A stretch of DNA of 34,489 nucleotides from a virus (IMGVR_UViG_3300024518_000018:1-34489), one strand, 5' to 3'. Positions 1 through 7,297 are shown, counted from the first letter of the stretch. Notes: a model not told the origin generated them from the sequence alone. Made by a program: numbers and translations.

Positions 1-127
1 ACACACTGGCTTGTAAATTTAAATAGGAGGTGAAGACCCCAACTTCTCATTACGTTCATACATCAGCGTTTTGATAAGCATTCTTGATTACACTCGACTC
101 TTAGAATTTGTTTGGATACGATCAAAG
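1..127. repeat. Left copy of exact 127-bp direct terminal repeat
   Basis: acacactggcttgtaaattt...ggatacgatcaaag is identical base for base to 34363-34489. Confidence 0.97.
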
Positions 128-149
128 CTTTTAGGCTCCCTATATTGCA

Positions 150-515
150 TTAATTTATATTTAGCTCTGAGTATAAACGCTGTATATCGGTTGTTGTGGG
201 AACCTCCTCAACAACTTTCAAGGTGGTATCTTGAGACTCGATATAGCCTCTAGATTTACCCTTGGTCTTGAGGAAGAAGATGATCGCAGTAATATTGCTC
301 TTTGATATCAGTGAATGCAACTGGCTTTCCGCCTCGTCAATTAGGGACTCAGATATATGATCGTATTGCTCTTTAAAATCACTATCGTCATCACACCAAT
401 TGTAAAATGTCTTTCGGCTCACTCCAACTTTGATGCATGACTGCTGAATATTTCCACAGTTGACAGACAATGCTTTTAGCAATGCTGCCTTATTCTTTTC
501 TGTCTTCGAAGTCAT
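150..515 (-). CDS. terS: Terminase small subunit-like HTH protein
   Basis: 121 aa. N-terminal HTH (GNIQQSCIKVGVSRKTFYNWCDDD) and the C-terminal motif NITAIIFFLKTKGKSRGY, both typical of small-terminase families as I recall them. On the circle it lies one gene upstream of TerL. Confidence 0.6.
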   Translation of the reverse strand: MTSKTEKNKAALLKALSVNCGNIQQSCIKVGVSRKTFYNWCDDDSDFKEQYDHISESLIDEAESQLHSLISKSNITAIIFFLKTKGKSRGYIESQDTTLKVVEEVPTTTDIQRLYSELNIN

Positions 516-539
516 TTTATATATAAAGTCCTTTTTTAT

Positions 540-581
540 TCTGTGTAAAGTGTGAAGAAATCTGTGTAAAGTGTGAAGAAA
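540..581. repeat. Perfect 21-bp tandem direct repeat (tctgtgtaaagtgtgaagaaa x2)
   Basis: Copies at 540-560 and 561-581 are identical. The repeat ends 25 nt upstream of the TerS start on the minus strand. Confidence 0.95.
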
Positions 582-615
582 AAAGATTTAAACACACTCT
601 AACTACCCTCAATAT

Positions 616-637
616 AAAAACAGTGCAACAACACTGC
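616..637 (-). terminator. Weak hairpin plus T-run after the 769-1113 gene
   Basis: Minus strand reads CAGTG-ttgttg-CACTG followed by ttttta. The stem is only 5-6 bp. Confidence 0.3.
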
Positions 638-768
638 AATAATATAATAATACCATAATCATATATATAATGTCTTACAGCCACATAGAAAATAGAAGAG
701 AGCTCCAAATATAAGAATTATGATTATTCTGGAAATAATGAATAAAAACAGTTGTTTCATATGTACTC

Positions 769-1113
769 CTATTCTAAGTAAATCGTTAATAATACAGTAG
801 TTAAAACGGTAATAATAATACCAGATATATAAACTGCACCCCTTAGGATATTTGAAAAAAGCTGCCTTCTCCTCAGCTCTAATCCCTTCTGATGCTTAAT
901 GAATTGTAAAACCTTACTTTGTATCTCACTGTTGCGCTTAATATTGTATGCGCTAACGTCGATTGCCATTTCTATGAGCTCAGTTAAAAGCGCCCTGGTT
1001 TCGTCGTCATAGTTAGGTTTTATATATTTCTGGCTTAAAAAATCCCTTAGCGTCTCAGTGTGGTCGTATAGTGATATTGTTTTAATTTCCTCGCCATTAC
1101 TTTTTTCGTCCAT
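769..1113 (-). CDS. Hypothetical protein with C-terminal transmembrane helix
   Basis: 114-aa ORF. The hydrophobic tail is GAVYISGIIITVLTTVLLTIYL. No motif recognised. Confidence 0.5.
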   Translation of the reverse strand: MDEKSNGEEIKTISLYDHTETLRDFLSQKYIKPNYDDETRALLTELIEMAIDVSAYNIKRNSEIQSKVLQFIKHQKGLELRRRQLFSNILRGAVYISGIIITVLTTVLLTIYLE

Positions 1114-1267
1114 TCTTCACACCGTATCGTTTATCAAATGCATGTAGTGCTTCTTTAATATCCGTGAAATTGTCAAATGTGCGCCGCTGTCTATAACTAG
1201 AGACAACCAGATACAAACCCATCAACACGATTATTGCTATTGCCCCTATAATAATAATTTCACCCAT
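1097..1267 (-). CDS. Small membrane protein (56 aa, absent from the ORF track)
   Basis: Manual translation: MGEIIIIGAIAIIVLMGLYLVVSSYRQRRTFDNFTDIKEALHAFDKRYGVKNGRKK. It has an N-terminal TM helix and bridges the two flanking genes with short overlaps. Confidence 0.3.
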   Translation of the reverse strand: MGEIIIIGAIAIIVLMGLYLVVSSYRQRRTFDNFTDIKEALHAFDKRYGVKNGRKK

Positions 1268-1566
1268 GCAAATAACTCCCTTTTTTGTAAATAATTTTTT
1301 ATATATTGTCCCCGATACGCTTCTCTTTCAAAACTGATATTGTAATAAGCCATTTTAATATTAAATTTATAGCGAATTAGATTTACGAGAAAATTCAGCA
1401 CGTATAACACATAAAACGGAATGACTAAAAGCTCATTCATTTGCTTTAGGTGAATCTGTTCATGCCTCAAAATTCGACTAAATCTCTTTGACTCTATAAA
1501 TATGAACGGCCAAATGACAAAGCCATCCACCCACACCCTCTTTAGGCACCGCATTTCAATTACCAT
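1246..1566 (-). CDS. Small HExxH (zincin-like) membrane-associated protein
   Basis: 106 aa with HEQIH followed by a hydrophobic stretch and FEREAY. There is no SD. The start codon lies 6 nt after an extended -10, so the transcript may be leaderless. Confidence 0.5.
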   Translation of the reverse strand: MVIEMRCLKRVWVDGFVIWPFIFIESKRFSRILRHEQIHLKQMNELLVIPFYVLYVLNFLVNLIRYKFNIKMAYYNISFEREAYRGQYIKNYLQKRELFAWVKLLL

Positions 1567-1572
1567 AAATAT

Positions 1573-1581
1573 ATTATATCA
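1573..1581 (-). promoter_or_regulatory. Extended -10 (TGaTATAAT), 6 nt upstream of the ATG at 1566
   Basis: Minus strand reads tgTGATATAATatatttATG. No convincing -35. Confidence 0.45.
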
Positions 1582-1661
1582 CAATTATTGGTTAGCGCGC
1601 TATATTTATAGGCGTGTTGTCTATAGTCAACTTATACCATGATATTTAGGTATAATGATTG

Positions 1662-1690
1662 TTGACAGTTGTCATGTTGTGCTGTATTAT
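1662..1690 (+). promoter_or_regulatory. Sigma70-type promoter of the plus-strand cassette
   Basis: TTGACA (1662-1667), 17-nt spacer, TATTAT (1685-1690). A short inverted repeat TGACAgtTGTCA (1663-1674) overlaps the -35. Confidence 0.6.
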
Positions 1691-1730
1691 ATATATATAA
1701 TGAAAAGTTTAATAATTGGAGGATTAAAAA

Positions 1731-2567
1731 ATGAAAGATGAAATGAATATTGGGATAGTAGGTAGGGGGTTTGTTGGGTCGGCTGTAGAATTTGGCTTTT
1801 CCCGACAAACAGGGTGTAATGCAAAAGTATTAATCTATGATAAGGATAAAACCAAAAGTTTAAATTCATTAGAACAAACAGTAAATGAATCCGACTTTAT
1901 ATTTGTCTCTGTACCAACTCCATCAAAGGGTGAAGGGGAGATAGACCTATCATTCTTGCATGAAGCAATAGGAGAAATTAATGATGCTAAAAGTAGAAGA
2001 ATAGACAATATCATTTTAATTCGATCCACTGTGGTCCCTGGAACATGCAAAGACCTACAAAGCTACTATCCTGATCTAAACATCGTGTTTAATCCTGAAT
2101 TTTTTACTGAGCGATCGGCTAAGTTTGACTTTATAAATCAAGCTCGATTTATTATGGGGGGCTCCCCAGTACATACAAGGCGTGTTGCTAACTTATTTAA
2201 ATTGAGGTTTGGTGACACCATTCCATGCATTAATACTACATTTTCTACAGCAGAATTAATAAAGTATATGTGCAATTGTTTTTTTGCCACAAAAATATCT
2301 TTTCTCAATGAGATGAAACTACTGGCTAATAATTTAAGCCTCGATATAGATTGGGATAGTGCTGTAGAAGGGTTCATAAGAGACGGAAGAATAGGGCATA
2401 GTCATATAAACGTTCCTGGCCATGATGGTAAATATGGGTTTGGTGGGGCTTGCTTTCCAAAAGATATACAAGCACTTATCAAATTTGGGGAATACAATAA
2501 TATAGAAATGAATACATTAAAAGGTGCCTGGAAAACAAATTTGGAGGTGAGAAATGAAAAAAGATGA
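1731..2567 (+). CDS. UDP-glucose/GDP-mannose dehydrogenase-family protein lacking the C-terminal domain
   Basis: Motifs seen: GIVGRGFVGSAV (GxGxxG Rossmann), NPEFFTERSA, AELIKYMCNCFFATKISFLNEM, and GFGGACFPKD (catalytic Cys at residue 241). Only 37 aa follow the Cys. GGAGG lies 8 nt before the ATG. Confidence 0.8.
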   Translation: MKDEMNIGIVGRGFVGSAVEFGFSRQTGCNAKVLIYDKDKTKSLNSLEQTVNESDFIFVSVPTPSKGEGEIDLSFLHEAIGEINDAKSRRIDNIILIRSTVVPGTCKDLQSYYPDLNIVFNPEFFTERSAKFDFINQARFIMGGSPVHTRRVANLFKLRFGDTIPCINTTFSTAELIKYMCNCFFATKISFLNEMKLLANNLSLDIDWDSAVEGFIRDGRIGHSHINVPGHDGKYGFGGACFPKDIQALIKFGEYNNIEMNTLKGAWKTNLEVRNEKR

Positions 2568-2736
2568 AATATTCTACCAATTGAGTGATGCGGTTCTCGA
2601 TATCAATATTAAGATACTGGAGACTAATGAATTTGTCACAAATAGATTAACCGATATACTAGATTCTGTTATTGAAGACCAAAAAAAAGAACTCAACATT
2701 TTAAAGCTTGTGAAAGGAGGTGATAGTGAAGACTGA
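2554..2736 (+). CDS. Hypothetical small acidic protein
   Basis: 60-aa ORF overlapping the end of the upstream gene. Predicted helical. No motif recognised. Confidence 0.45.
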   Translation: MKKDEIFYQLSDAVLDINIKILETNEFVTNRLTDILDSVIEDQKKELNILKLVKGGDSED

Positions 2737-2935
2737 AAACAAATTATTAATAGATAGACTGGTCTGTGGCTTAGCTAAAATGCGTAAAGTGGACCAGGCA
2801 TTAGCTATCGATTTTTTGTTGGATGAGTACAATCAGAATCGTATTGGTATGAAATCGTCATTCGCCAAAAATAAGGCAATACAAGCGGTATTACCGTTTG
2901 TAGAGGGGAATTTTGATGATGGCGACCTAATCTAA
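2720..2935 (+). CDS. Hypothetical protein (start more likely the GTG at 2726)
   Basis: 71-aa ORF. AAGGAGG at 2714-2720 sits 5 nt before the GTG at 2726. Confidence 0.5.
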   Translation: MIVKTENKLLIDRLVCGLAKMRKVDQALAIDFLLDEYNQNRIGMKSSFAKNKAIQAVLPFVEGNFDDGDLI

Positions 2936-2951
2936 ATGAAAGGAGGTAAAC

Positions 2952-3125
2952 ATGAACGAAATAGAGATAAATGTAATATTGGTTCTAATCTGTCTAGTTA
3001 TAATAGTGAGTGTATGCGACCCAATTTACAATTCAATAATCAAAAATAATTCAAAGGGAGAAAAAAATCATGGAAATACAAAACAAGCACGCTTTAAGTT
3101 CAGGACAATTGATAAAAAGAAATGA
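2952..3125 (+). CDS. Small membrane protein (57 aa, absent from the ORF track)
   Basis: AGGAGG at 2941-2946, 5 nt before the ATG. Translation: MNEIEINVILVLICLVIIVSVCDPIYNSIIKNNSKGEKNHGNTKQARFKFRTIDKKK, with one TM helix. Confidence 0.45.
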   Translation: MNEIEINVILVLICLVIIVSVCDPIYNSIIKNNSKGEKNHGNTKQARFKFRTIDKKK

Positions 3126-3180
3126 AAAATGGTATGTAATAACCAAAGAAGGTAAAGAAACACCATTACTAAAGGAGTAA
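3070..3180 (+). CDS. Alternative or overlapping 36-aa ORF
   Basis: GGGAG at 3056-3060, 9 nt before the ATG. Translation: MEIQNKHALSSGQLIKRNEKWYVITKEGKETPLLKE. It overlaps 2952-3125 out of frame, so at most weak support. Confidence 0.25.
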   Translation: MEIQNKHALSSGQLIKRNEKWYVITKEGKETPLLKE

Positions 3181-3187
3181 AAAACAA

Positions 3188-3358
3188 ATGAAGTATAGCG
3201 TAGCTCAACTCAATCACCTATTAGAAAAACATGGTGCACCCGCAAATGTAGCCAAAGCCCTCGGAATAAAAAGACAATCTTTTTATGCATATCTTAAAAA
3301 GAACGATCTAAAGCTAAATAAACGTGTTTCTTATTGGATACAACAAAAATTGAATTGA
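3188..3358 (+). CDS. Small HTH DNA-binding protein (56 aa, absent from the ORF track)
   Basis: AAGGAG at 3172-3177. Translation: MKYSVAQLNHLLEKHGAPANVAKALGIKRQSFYAYLKKNDLKLNKRVSYWIQQKLN. The helix-turn-helix resembles the one in the TerS N-terminus. It is the last gene of the plus-strand cassette. Confidence 0.55.
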   Translation: MKYSVAQLNHLLEKHGAPANVAKALGIKRQSFYAYLKKNDLKLNKRVSYWIQQKLN

Positions 3359-3363
3359 GCTCG

Positions 3364-3501
3364 CTATTTCTTTTTCTTCCTAGATTTTCCAGCTTTTGAC
3401 ATAGCTATTGCTATTGATTGCTTTTTTGGAAAACCCTCACTTCTCAATGTTGAAATATTGGATGAAATTGCTTTTTTAGATTTCCCTTTTTTGAGTGGCA
3501 T
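3364..3501 (-). CDS. Small basic protein (45 aa, absent from the ORF track)
   Basis: Translation: [45 protein letters not shown]. The KQ(S/A)IAIA core recalls a widespread small basic phage/bacterial protein family; this is from memory and not verified. Confidence 0.4.
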   Translation of the reverse strand: MPLKKGKSKKAISSNISTLRSEGFPKKQSIAIAMSKAGKSRKKKK

Positions 3502-3508
3502 ATCCCCA

Positions 3509-3868
3509 TTATAACACTTTTTTAGGAGTTAAAAACTTCTCCAAGTCACTCGCTGTACCCCATCCACATAAACATTTATTTTCTCTCGCTCTATCTAAAA
3601 ATGCCTTCTGATGGACACTAAGCCTTCCTTTGACCTTCTTTACCTCCCAGAAAAAAGCTTGCCCTGTGGGGGTATATCCGCATATATCAGGCATACCCTT
3701 AACGCCATATCTAACGGTGCGCCAAGACCCGTCTTTATTCTGATATTTTCCTGCCCCCGTATTGGTTCTCCACACAACGTATCCCTTGATGGTTAAAAGA
3801 TCTAAACACATTTGCTGTTGCTGCTTTTCTGTTGTCAAATCGTCAATTGAGTACATTTTCCGTGTCAT
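3509..3868 (-). CDS. VRR-NUC domain nuclease
   Basis: 119 aa with GMPDICGY...[20 protein letters not shown], the PD-(D/E)xK-type D...EVK signature of VRR-NUC. Confidence 0.75.
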   Translation of the reverse strand: MTRKMYSIDDLTTEKQQQQMCLDLLTIKGYVVWRTNTGAGKYQNKDGSWRTVRYGVKGMPDICGYTPTGQAFFWEVKKVKGRLSVHQKAFLDRARENKCLCGWGTASDLEKFLTPKKVL

Positions 3869-4118
3869 AGATCAAACATCCCCTCTCATCTTCATCGTAC
3901 ATGCGCTTTATGTGGTAAATTTCGTCTACCTGAGCAAACGATAAACCCTCTCGATTGTTAGGGTCAGTTCCCCCTAATAAATCAAGATCACCAATTTGAG
4001 ATTCTTTTATTATCTGCTTAGGGTCACATAGTGCGAATCCTTTGTTAGTCCCGTCAACTCGCCTCAAAATTATTAATAGTTCCCCTGAATTTAATTTTTC
4101 TTGAAAAACTTTCATCAC
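3843..4118 (-). CDS. Hypothetical protein
   Basis: 91-aa ORF in the co-directional early operon. No motif recognised. Confidence 0.45.
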   Translation of the reverse strand: MMKVFQEKLNSGELLIILRRVDGTNKGFALCDPKQIIKESQIGDLDLLGGTDPNNREGLSFAQVDEIYHIKRMYDEDERGCLIYDTENVLN

Positions 4119-4122
4119 AAAG

Positions 4123-4545
4123 TTACTTCCTTTCTCCCGCCCTCTTTCTAGCTTTATATTTTAGCATCATGGCTTTTTTATACCAGTATTTTTCACTCTC
4201 TGTTAATTCTGTATTTATTTCTTCGTTTTTTTCCTCCTCTTCGTCTCTCTTTTTGATATTTTCGACCAGTGAGTTAAATGTGATTTTATCTTTTTTCTTT
4301 TTCTTCCAATCAATAATTGAATAAGCTGAAAATTTTTTAGCCGTGAGTAGAGATGGATTTTCAACGGCCTCTGAATATAATAATCGCAGATCATCACACG
4401 ATATACCAGAGTCTTTGAGCACCTCGACCCACGGCCTTAAGCTTTTTGGGCTCCCCATACTACTTTCACTAGCCAGTAGTTTCAATTTTAACAAAATGTC
4501 AACATATTCACAATCAAATTCATTTTCAGTCTCTGAAATTAACAT
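4123..4545 (-). CDS. Hypothetical protein with Lys/Glu-rich C-terminus
   Basis: 140-aa ORF packed against the replication organiser gene. Confidence 0.5.
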   Translation of the reverse strand: MLISETENEFDCEYVDILLKLKLLASESSMGSPKSLRPWVEVLKDSGISCDDLRLLYSEAVENPSLLTAKKFSAYSIIDWKKKKKDKITFNSLVENIKKRDEEEEKNEEINTELTESEKYWYKKAMMLKYKARKRAGERK

Positions 4546-4550
4546 CTTGG

Positions 4551-5507
4551 TTACTCTGAACCCTCATATTGAGGTTCCAGTTCTTCGTATTGGCCGATTA
4601 AGTTGCCAGGCAGATACTTGAATGGGTCTACTAAAAAATTATCAAGCTTTGGAAAATATCTGTCAAATTCTGCTTGATTCTGAGAAACAAATTCTTGCGT
4701 CACCTCTTCAAATCCAGTCAAATCAGCAGAAACCCGCTTTGCTATGTCGATGCTCATCCGCTCAAAACTCTTGAAAAATAAGTCTAATACTTCCGTTGAA
4801 TTAATCTCAATTCTAGCCTCAATCTGTTTTTCAAACTCAAAATATATAGATGGCCGTCTACTTGAGGGGTAGTGTTTGTGAATCATCCTAAAAACTTTTG
4901 TCTTCTCACAATCCAGATGTGCTTTTAGCGAGCCATTTTTTTTGTCTTGACATTGTCCAAATATTATTCTATCCGCGCGCATAAATGTGTTTAATTCTTT
5001 CTTACTATTAAAGTAACTATAGGAAGATATAGTATTAGGGGAACTGTTGAGTTTTTGTTGACTCATATGTTCATTATCAGAATATTTCTCTTCAAATCTT
5101 TTGTCAATTTGAGCCTGAAAATTGCTATATTTTTGGTTATCCACAGTTGAGTGAACTGTTGAGTGAACTGTTGAGTCGCTACTATTTATGTCACTTTTGG
5201 CATCCTTTGAAGGATATAAATTTTTGTCAAAATAATGCAACATTTTGTAGACAGATTTATGATTATCTTTTATGATTTCTAAAACGGAGAACTTTTCAAG
5301 TTCCTTGATAATGTGGTTTACTACACCACGTTTCAACTTGAGACTTCGTGCCAAGTCAGACAAAGATACCGATATTTCCCCCCTGGAAAGCGACTCGGTA
5401 TCTTTGTAGGAATTAACCATTAAATATGCGTACACCTCTAAATAGTTGTGACGACCGAACCACTCCGCATTGATGATATCATTACTAAATTTGAACCAGC
5501 CATTCAT
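4551..5507 (-). CDS. Putative replication organiser/initiator with N-terminal winged-HTH
   Basis: The N-terminus (WFKFSNDIINAEWF...EVYAYLMVNS...GEISVSLSDLARSLKLKRGVVNHIIKELEKFSVLEI) resembles DnaD/phage replisome-organiser N-domains. The gene contains an internal 12-bp tandem repeat. Confidence 0.5.
   Translation of the reverse strand: MNGWFKFSNDIINAEWFGRHNYLEVYAYLMVNSYKDTESLSRGEISVSLSDLARSLKLKRGVVNHIIKELEKFSVLEIIKDNHKSVYKMLHYFDKNLYPSKDAKSDINSSDSTVHSTVHSTVDNQKYSNFQAQIDKRFEEKYSDNEHMSQQKLNSSPNTISSYSYFNSKKELNTFMRADRIIFGQCQDKKNGSLKAHLDCEKTKVFRMIHKHYPSSRRPSIYFEFEKQIEARIEINSTEVLDLFFKSFERMSIDIAKRVSADLTGFEEVTQEFVSQNQAEFDRYFPKLDNFLVDPFKYLPGNLIGQYEELEPQYEGSE
5143..5178. repeat. 3 x 12-bp imperfect tandem repeat inside the replication gene
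   Basis: acagttgagtga / actgttgagtga / actgttgagtcg. On the minus strand it encodes STVHSTVHSTV. Confidence 0.9.
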
Positions 5508-5570
5508 TTTAATCTCCTTTTTTAAAATTAATATTTTACTTATTACACTCGTTTATTTAGGAACTCATGT

Positions 5571-6137
5571 TTAAGCTCCTTTCTCTGCCGTCGCACTCAT
5601 AAATTTGTCTATCATGCTGCTTGCCTCTGCTTTTGTTGGGGCCTTCGTCTCATCGAATTGAATACCCTTCCACCTCATAAATCCCAATTGTTTTTCAGTT
5701 GCATTATCAGACGATTCCTCCTCGCCTGAAAAATCAAAATCATCACTTGTAGCCTTGGATAATTTTTTGATGGTATAGCTCGGATTGTCCCCACTCTCTT
5801 GTTGCTTCACTGCGTTTTGTACTTCCTCCGCCGAGGCATATTGTTCACCCCCATATCCTGCTGCTGCTAAAGCCCTACCTATAGCGGAAGTACAACAATT
5901 CTCAAGTGCCGATGTTTCATTGATTTTAGTAGAACCTATTTTCTCATAAGCATAATCGCTAAAGGTTCTGATTTTCTCGCCAACGTGCTTTTTGACAATT
6001 GCCTTAGTGATAACTACTTTTTCATCAAACTTAACTAGCTCAAGATTAATCTCTATATCATCTGGATAATCCGTGTGAATTAGATTTACCCTTTCAACCA
6101 CAGTTCTATAGTCTTTACCATGAATTTTAACAGTCAT
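5571..6137 (-). CDS. Putative Rad52/Sak-like single-strand annealing protein
   Basis: 188 aa. GKDYRTVVERVNLIH... followed by ETSALENCCTSAIGRALAAAGYGG parallels the Rad52-type motif (E-A-x-T-x-x-x-K/G-R-A-L-x-x-x-G). The call is by eye only. Confidence 0.45.
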   Translation of the reverse strand: MTVKIHGKDYRTVVERVNLIHTDYPDDIEINLELVKFDEKVVITKAIVKKHVGEKIRTFSDYAYEKIGSTKINETSALENCCTSAIGRALAAAGYGGEQYASAEEVQNAVKQQESGDNPSYTIKKLSKATSDDFDFSGEEESSDNATEKQLGFMRWKGIQFDETKAPTKAEASSMIDKFMSATAEKGA

Positions 6138-6663
6138 TATTTTTCTCCTTATTATATCTGGTTAACTCTATAATTTGATCGTCTTCAATTTTAATTTTAG
6201 CTAGCTTGGTTTCAATTTCGTCGATGCCGTCTTTTTTGATTTCATCTAGCAATTTACGATACAAATTGTCGGTGTGATCTGAATGAGTTAGCCACGCAGA
6301 AAATATGGCCTTGGTCCTACATATGGATTCGGGCTTGGAATACGACCGACTGTAAAGGTCAGGAGTCCTACACGAAAAAATCTCACCCAAGTTATCATAA
6401 TATCCCTGTAGAAATTCTAAGGCCGAAATGAACCCCTCAACAAACTCGTCCTCATAATCGTCTATAACAAGTCCATCTTCAGGTACTCTTTGTCGCATAC
6501 TTGTGACCTCATCATGCATATCCTCTATGGATAGCTGAATTGTCGAATCAAGTGACGCATACATAGATTCTGTGTCCACCCAACCAGCCGTTGTTCTTTT
6601 CAACCAGTTGCAGGGCTTGTTATGCTCTCTAGCTTTCATTATTTGCTCTCTCCTGTTTTTCAT
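6127..6663 (-). CDS. Hypothetical early protein
   Basis: 178-aa ORF overlapping both neighbours by a few nt. Confidence 0.5.
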   Translation of the reverse strand: MKNRREQIMKAREHNKPCNWLKRTTAGWVDTESMYASLDSTIQLSIEDMHDEVTSMRQRVPEDGLVIDDYEDEFVEGFISALEFLQGYYDNLGEIFSCRTPDLYSRSYSKPESICRTKAIFSAWLTHSDHTDNLYRKLLDEIKKDGIDEIETKLAKIKIEDDQIIELTRYNKEKNNDC

Positions 6664-6935
6664 TATAATACTCCCTCAAACGGATCATGTATTTGATCCT
6701 CAAACCCTGCATAAGGTGATTCTGCAATTCTATTTTCAATGCCTTCAAATTCCTCAAAATTAACATGTGATTTTCTAGTGCTCGCTTGATTAATTTTCTT
6801 CAAGTTGATAATATCGGTGATAGGAAACATACGAGCGTGCTTGTTTAGTATTTTCTCATGACCTCTTTTTTGGAGGTCATTTTTATTTTTGGTCATTGTT
6901 TTTTTTCCTCTATCTCTATTAAAATTTTTGTTCAA
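6663..6935 (-). CDS. Hypothetical basic early protein
   Basis: 90-aa ORF, second gene of the leftward early operon. Confidence 0.45.
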   Translation of the reverse strand: MNKNFNRDRGKKTMTKNKNDLQKRGHEKILNKHARMFPITDIINLKKINQASTRKSHVNFEEFEGIENRIAESPYAGFEDQIHDPFEGVL

Positions 6936-6995
6936 TCAGCCTTTGGTCTCCTTTCATATTACATTGTCTAGTTACAATTTGACAAAAAAAGGTAA

Positions 6996-7196
6996 TTACA
7001 ATATCTTATACACATCGTTCAAGTGCAAAACTGTTTCTGCATTTAAACGGTGCTTGTGATTGAAATAATATAGGAACGATTGATAGGTTTGCTCATACCC
7101 ATTCCTGACTATTGAGTAGTACAAATCCTTGTACGTCATCTTTTTGTCTTTTCTAATTTTTTCACACTGGTTGATGAAAACATGTTCTTTTTTCAT
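6996..7196 (-). CDS. Cro-like small regulator
   Basis: 66 aa, divergent from the repressor genes. AAGGAGG lies 7 nt upstream of the start. Loosely XRE-like (IRKDKKMTYKDLYYSIV...). Confidence 0.45.
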   Translation of the reverse strand: MKKEHVFINQCEKIRKDKKMTYKDLYYSIVRNGYEQTYQSFLYYFNHKHRLNAETVLHLNDVYKIL

Positions 7197-7297
7197 AGTT
7201 AATCCTCCTTATTTGTTGGATATATGATATACTAATGTGTTTGGTATAGTCAAGGGTTTTTTTTAGTAGTGTTTATTTTTGAAAGGAGGTGAATAAA
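7197..7297. promoter_or_regulatory. Divergent genetic-switch intergenic region
   Basis: It lies between the Cro-like and repressor-like genes. The leftward promoter candidate is TTGACT (7248-7253, minus), 16-nt spacer, TATATC (7226-7231, minus). Related half-sites gttggatat and tttggtata are present. I could not define the rightward promoter. Confidence 0.45.

Noticed and set aside
71-253. 60-aa plus-strand ORF spanning the repeat edge
   Set aside because: It has a TTG start without an RBS and is antisense to the 3-prime end of the TerS-like gene. Part of it lies in the late promoter region.
540-581. CRISPR array or mini-array (also considered for 5143-5178 and 15898-15942)
   Set aside because: These are contiguous tandem repeats without spacers, in two or three copies. 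Two of the three lie inside coding sequence and simply encode repetitive peptides.
517-708. 63-aa minus-strand ORF upstream of terS
   Set aside because: It reads through the 21-bp tandem repeat (giving SSHFTQISSHFTQ) and a terminator-like hairpin. It has no RBS, and its Cys/Leu-rich composition looks non-coding.
1663-1674. TGACAgtTGTCA as a confident operator
   Set aside because: It has only 5-bp arms and overlaps a consensus -35 that already supplies TGACA, so chance occurrence is plausible. I mention it only as a testable detail.
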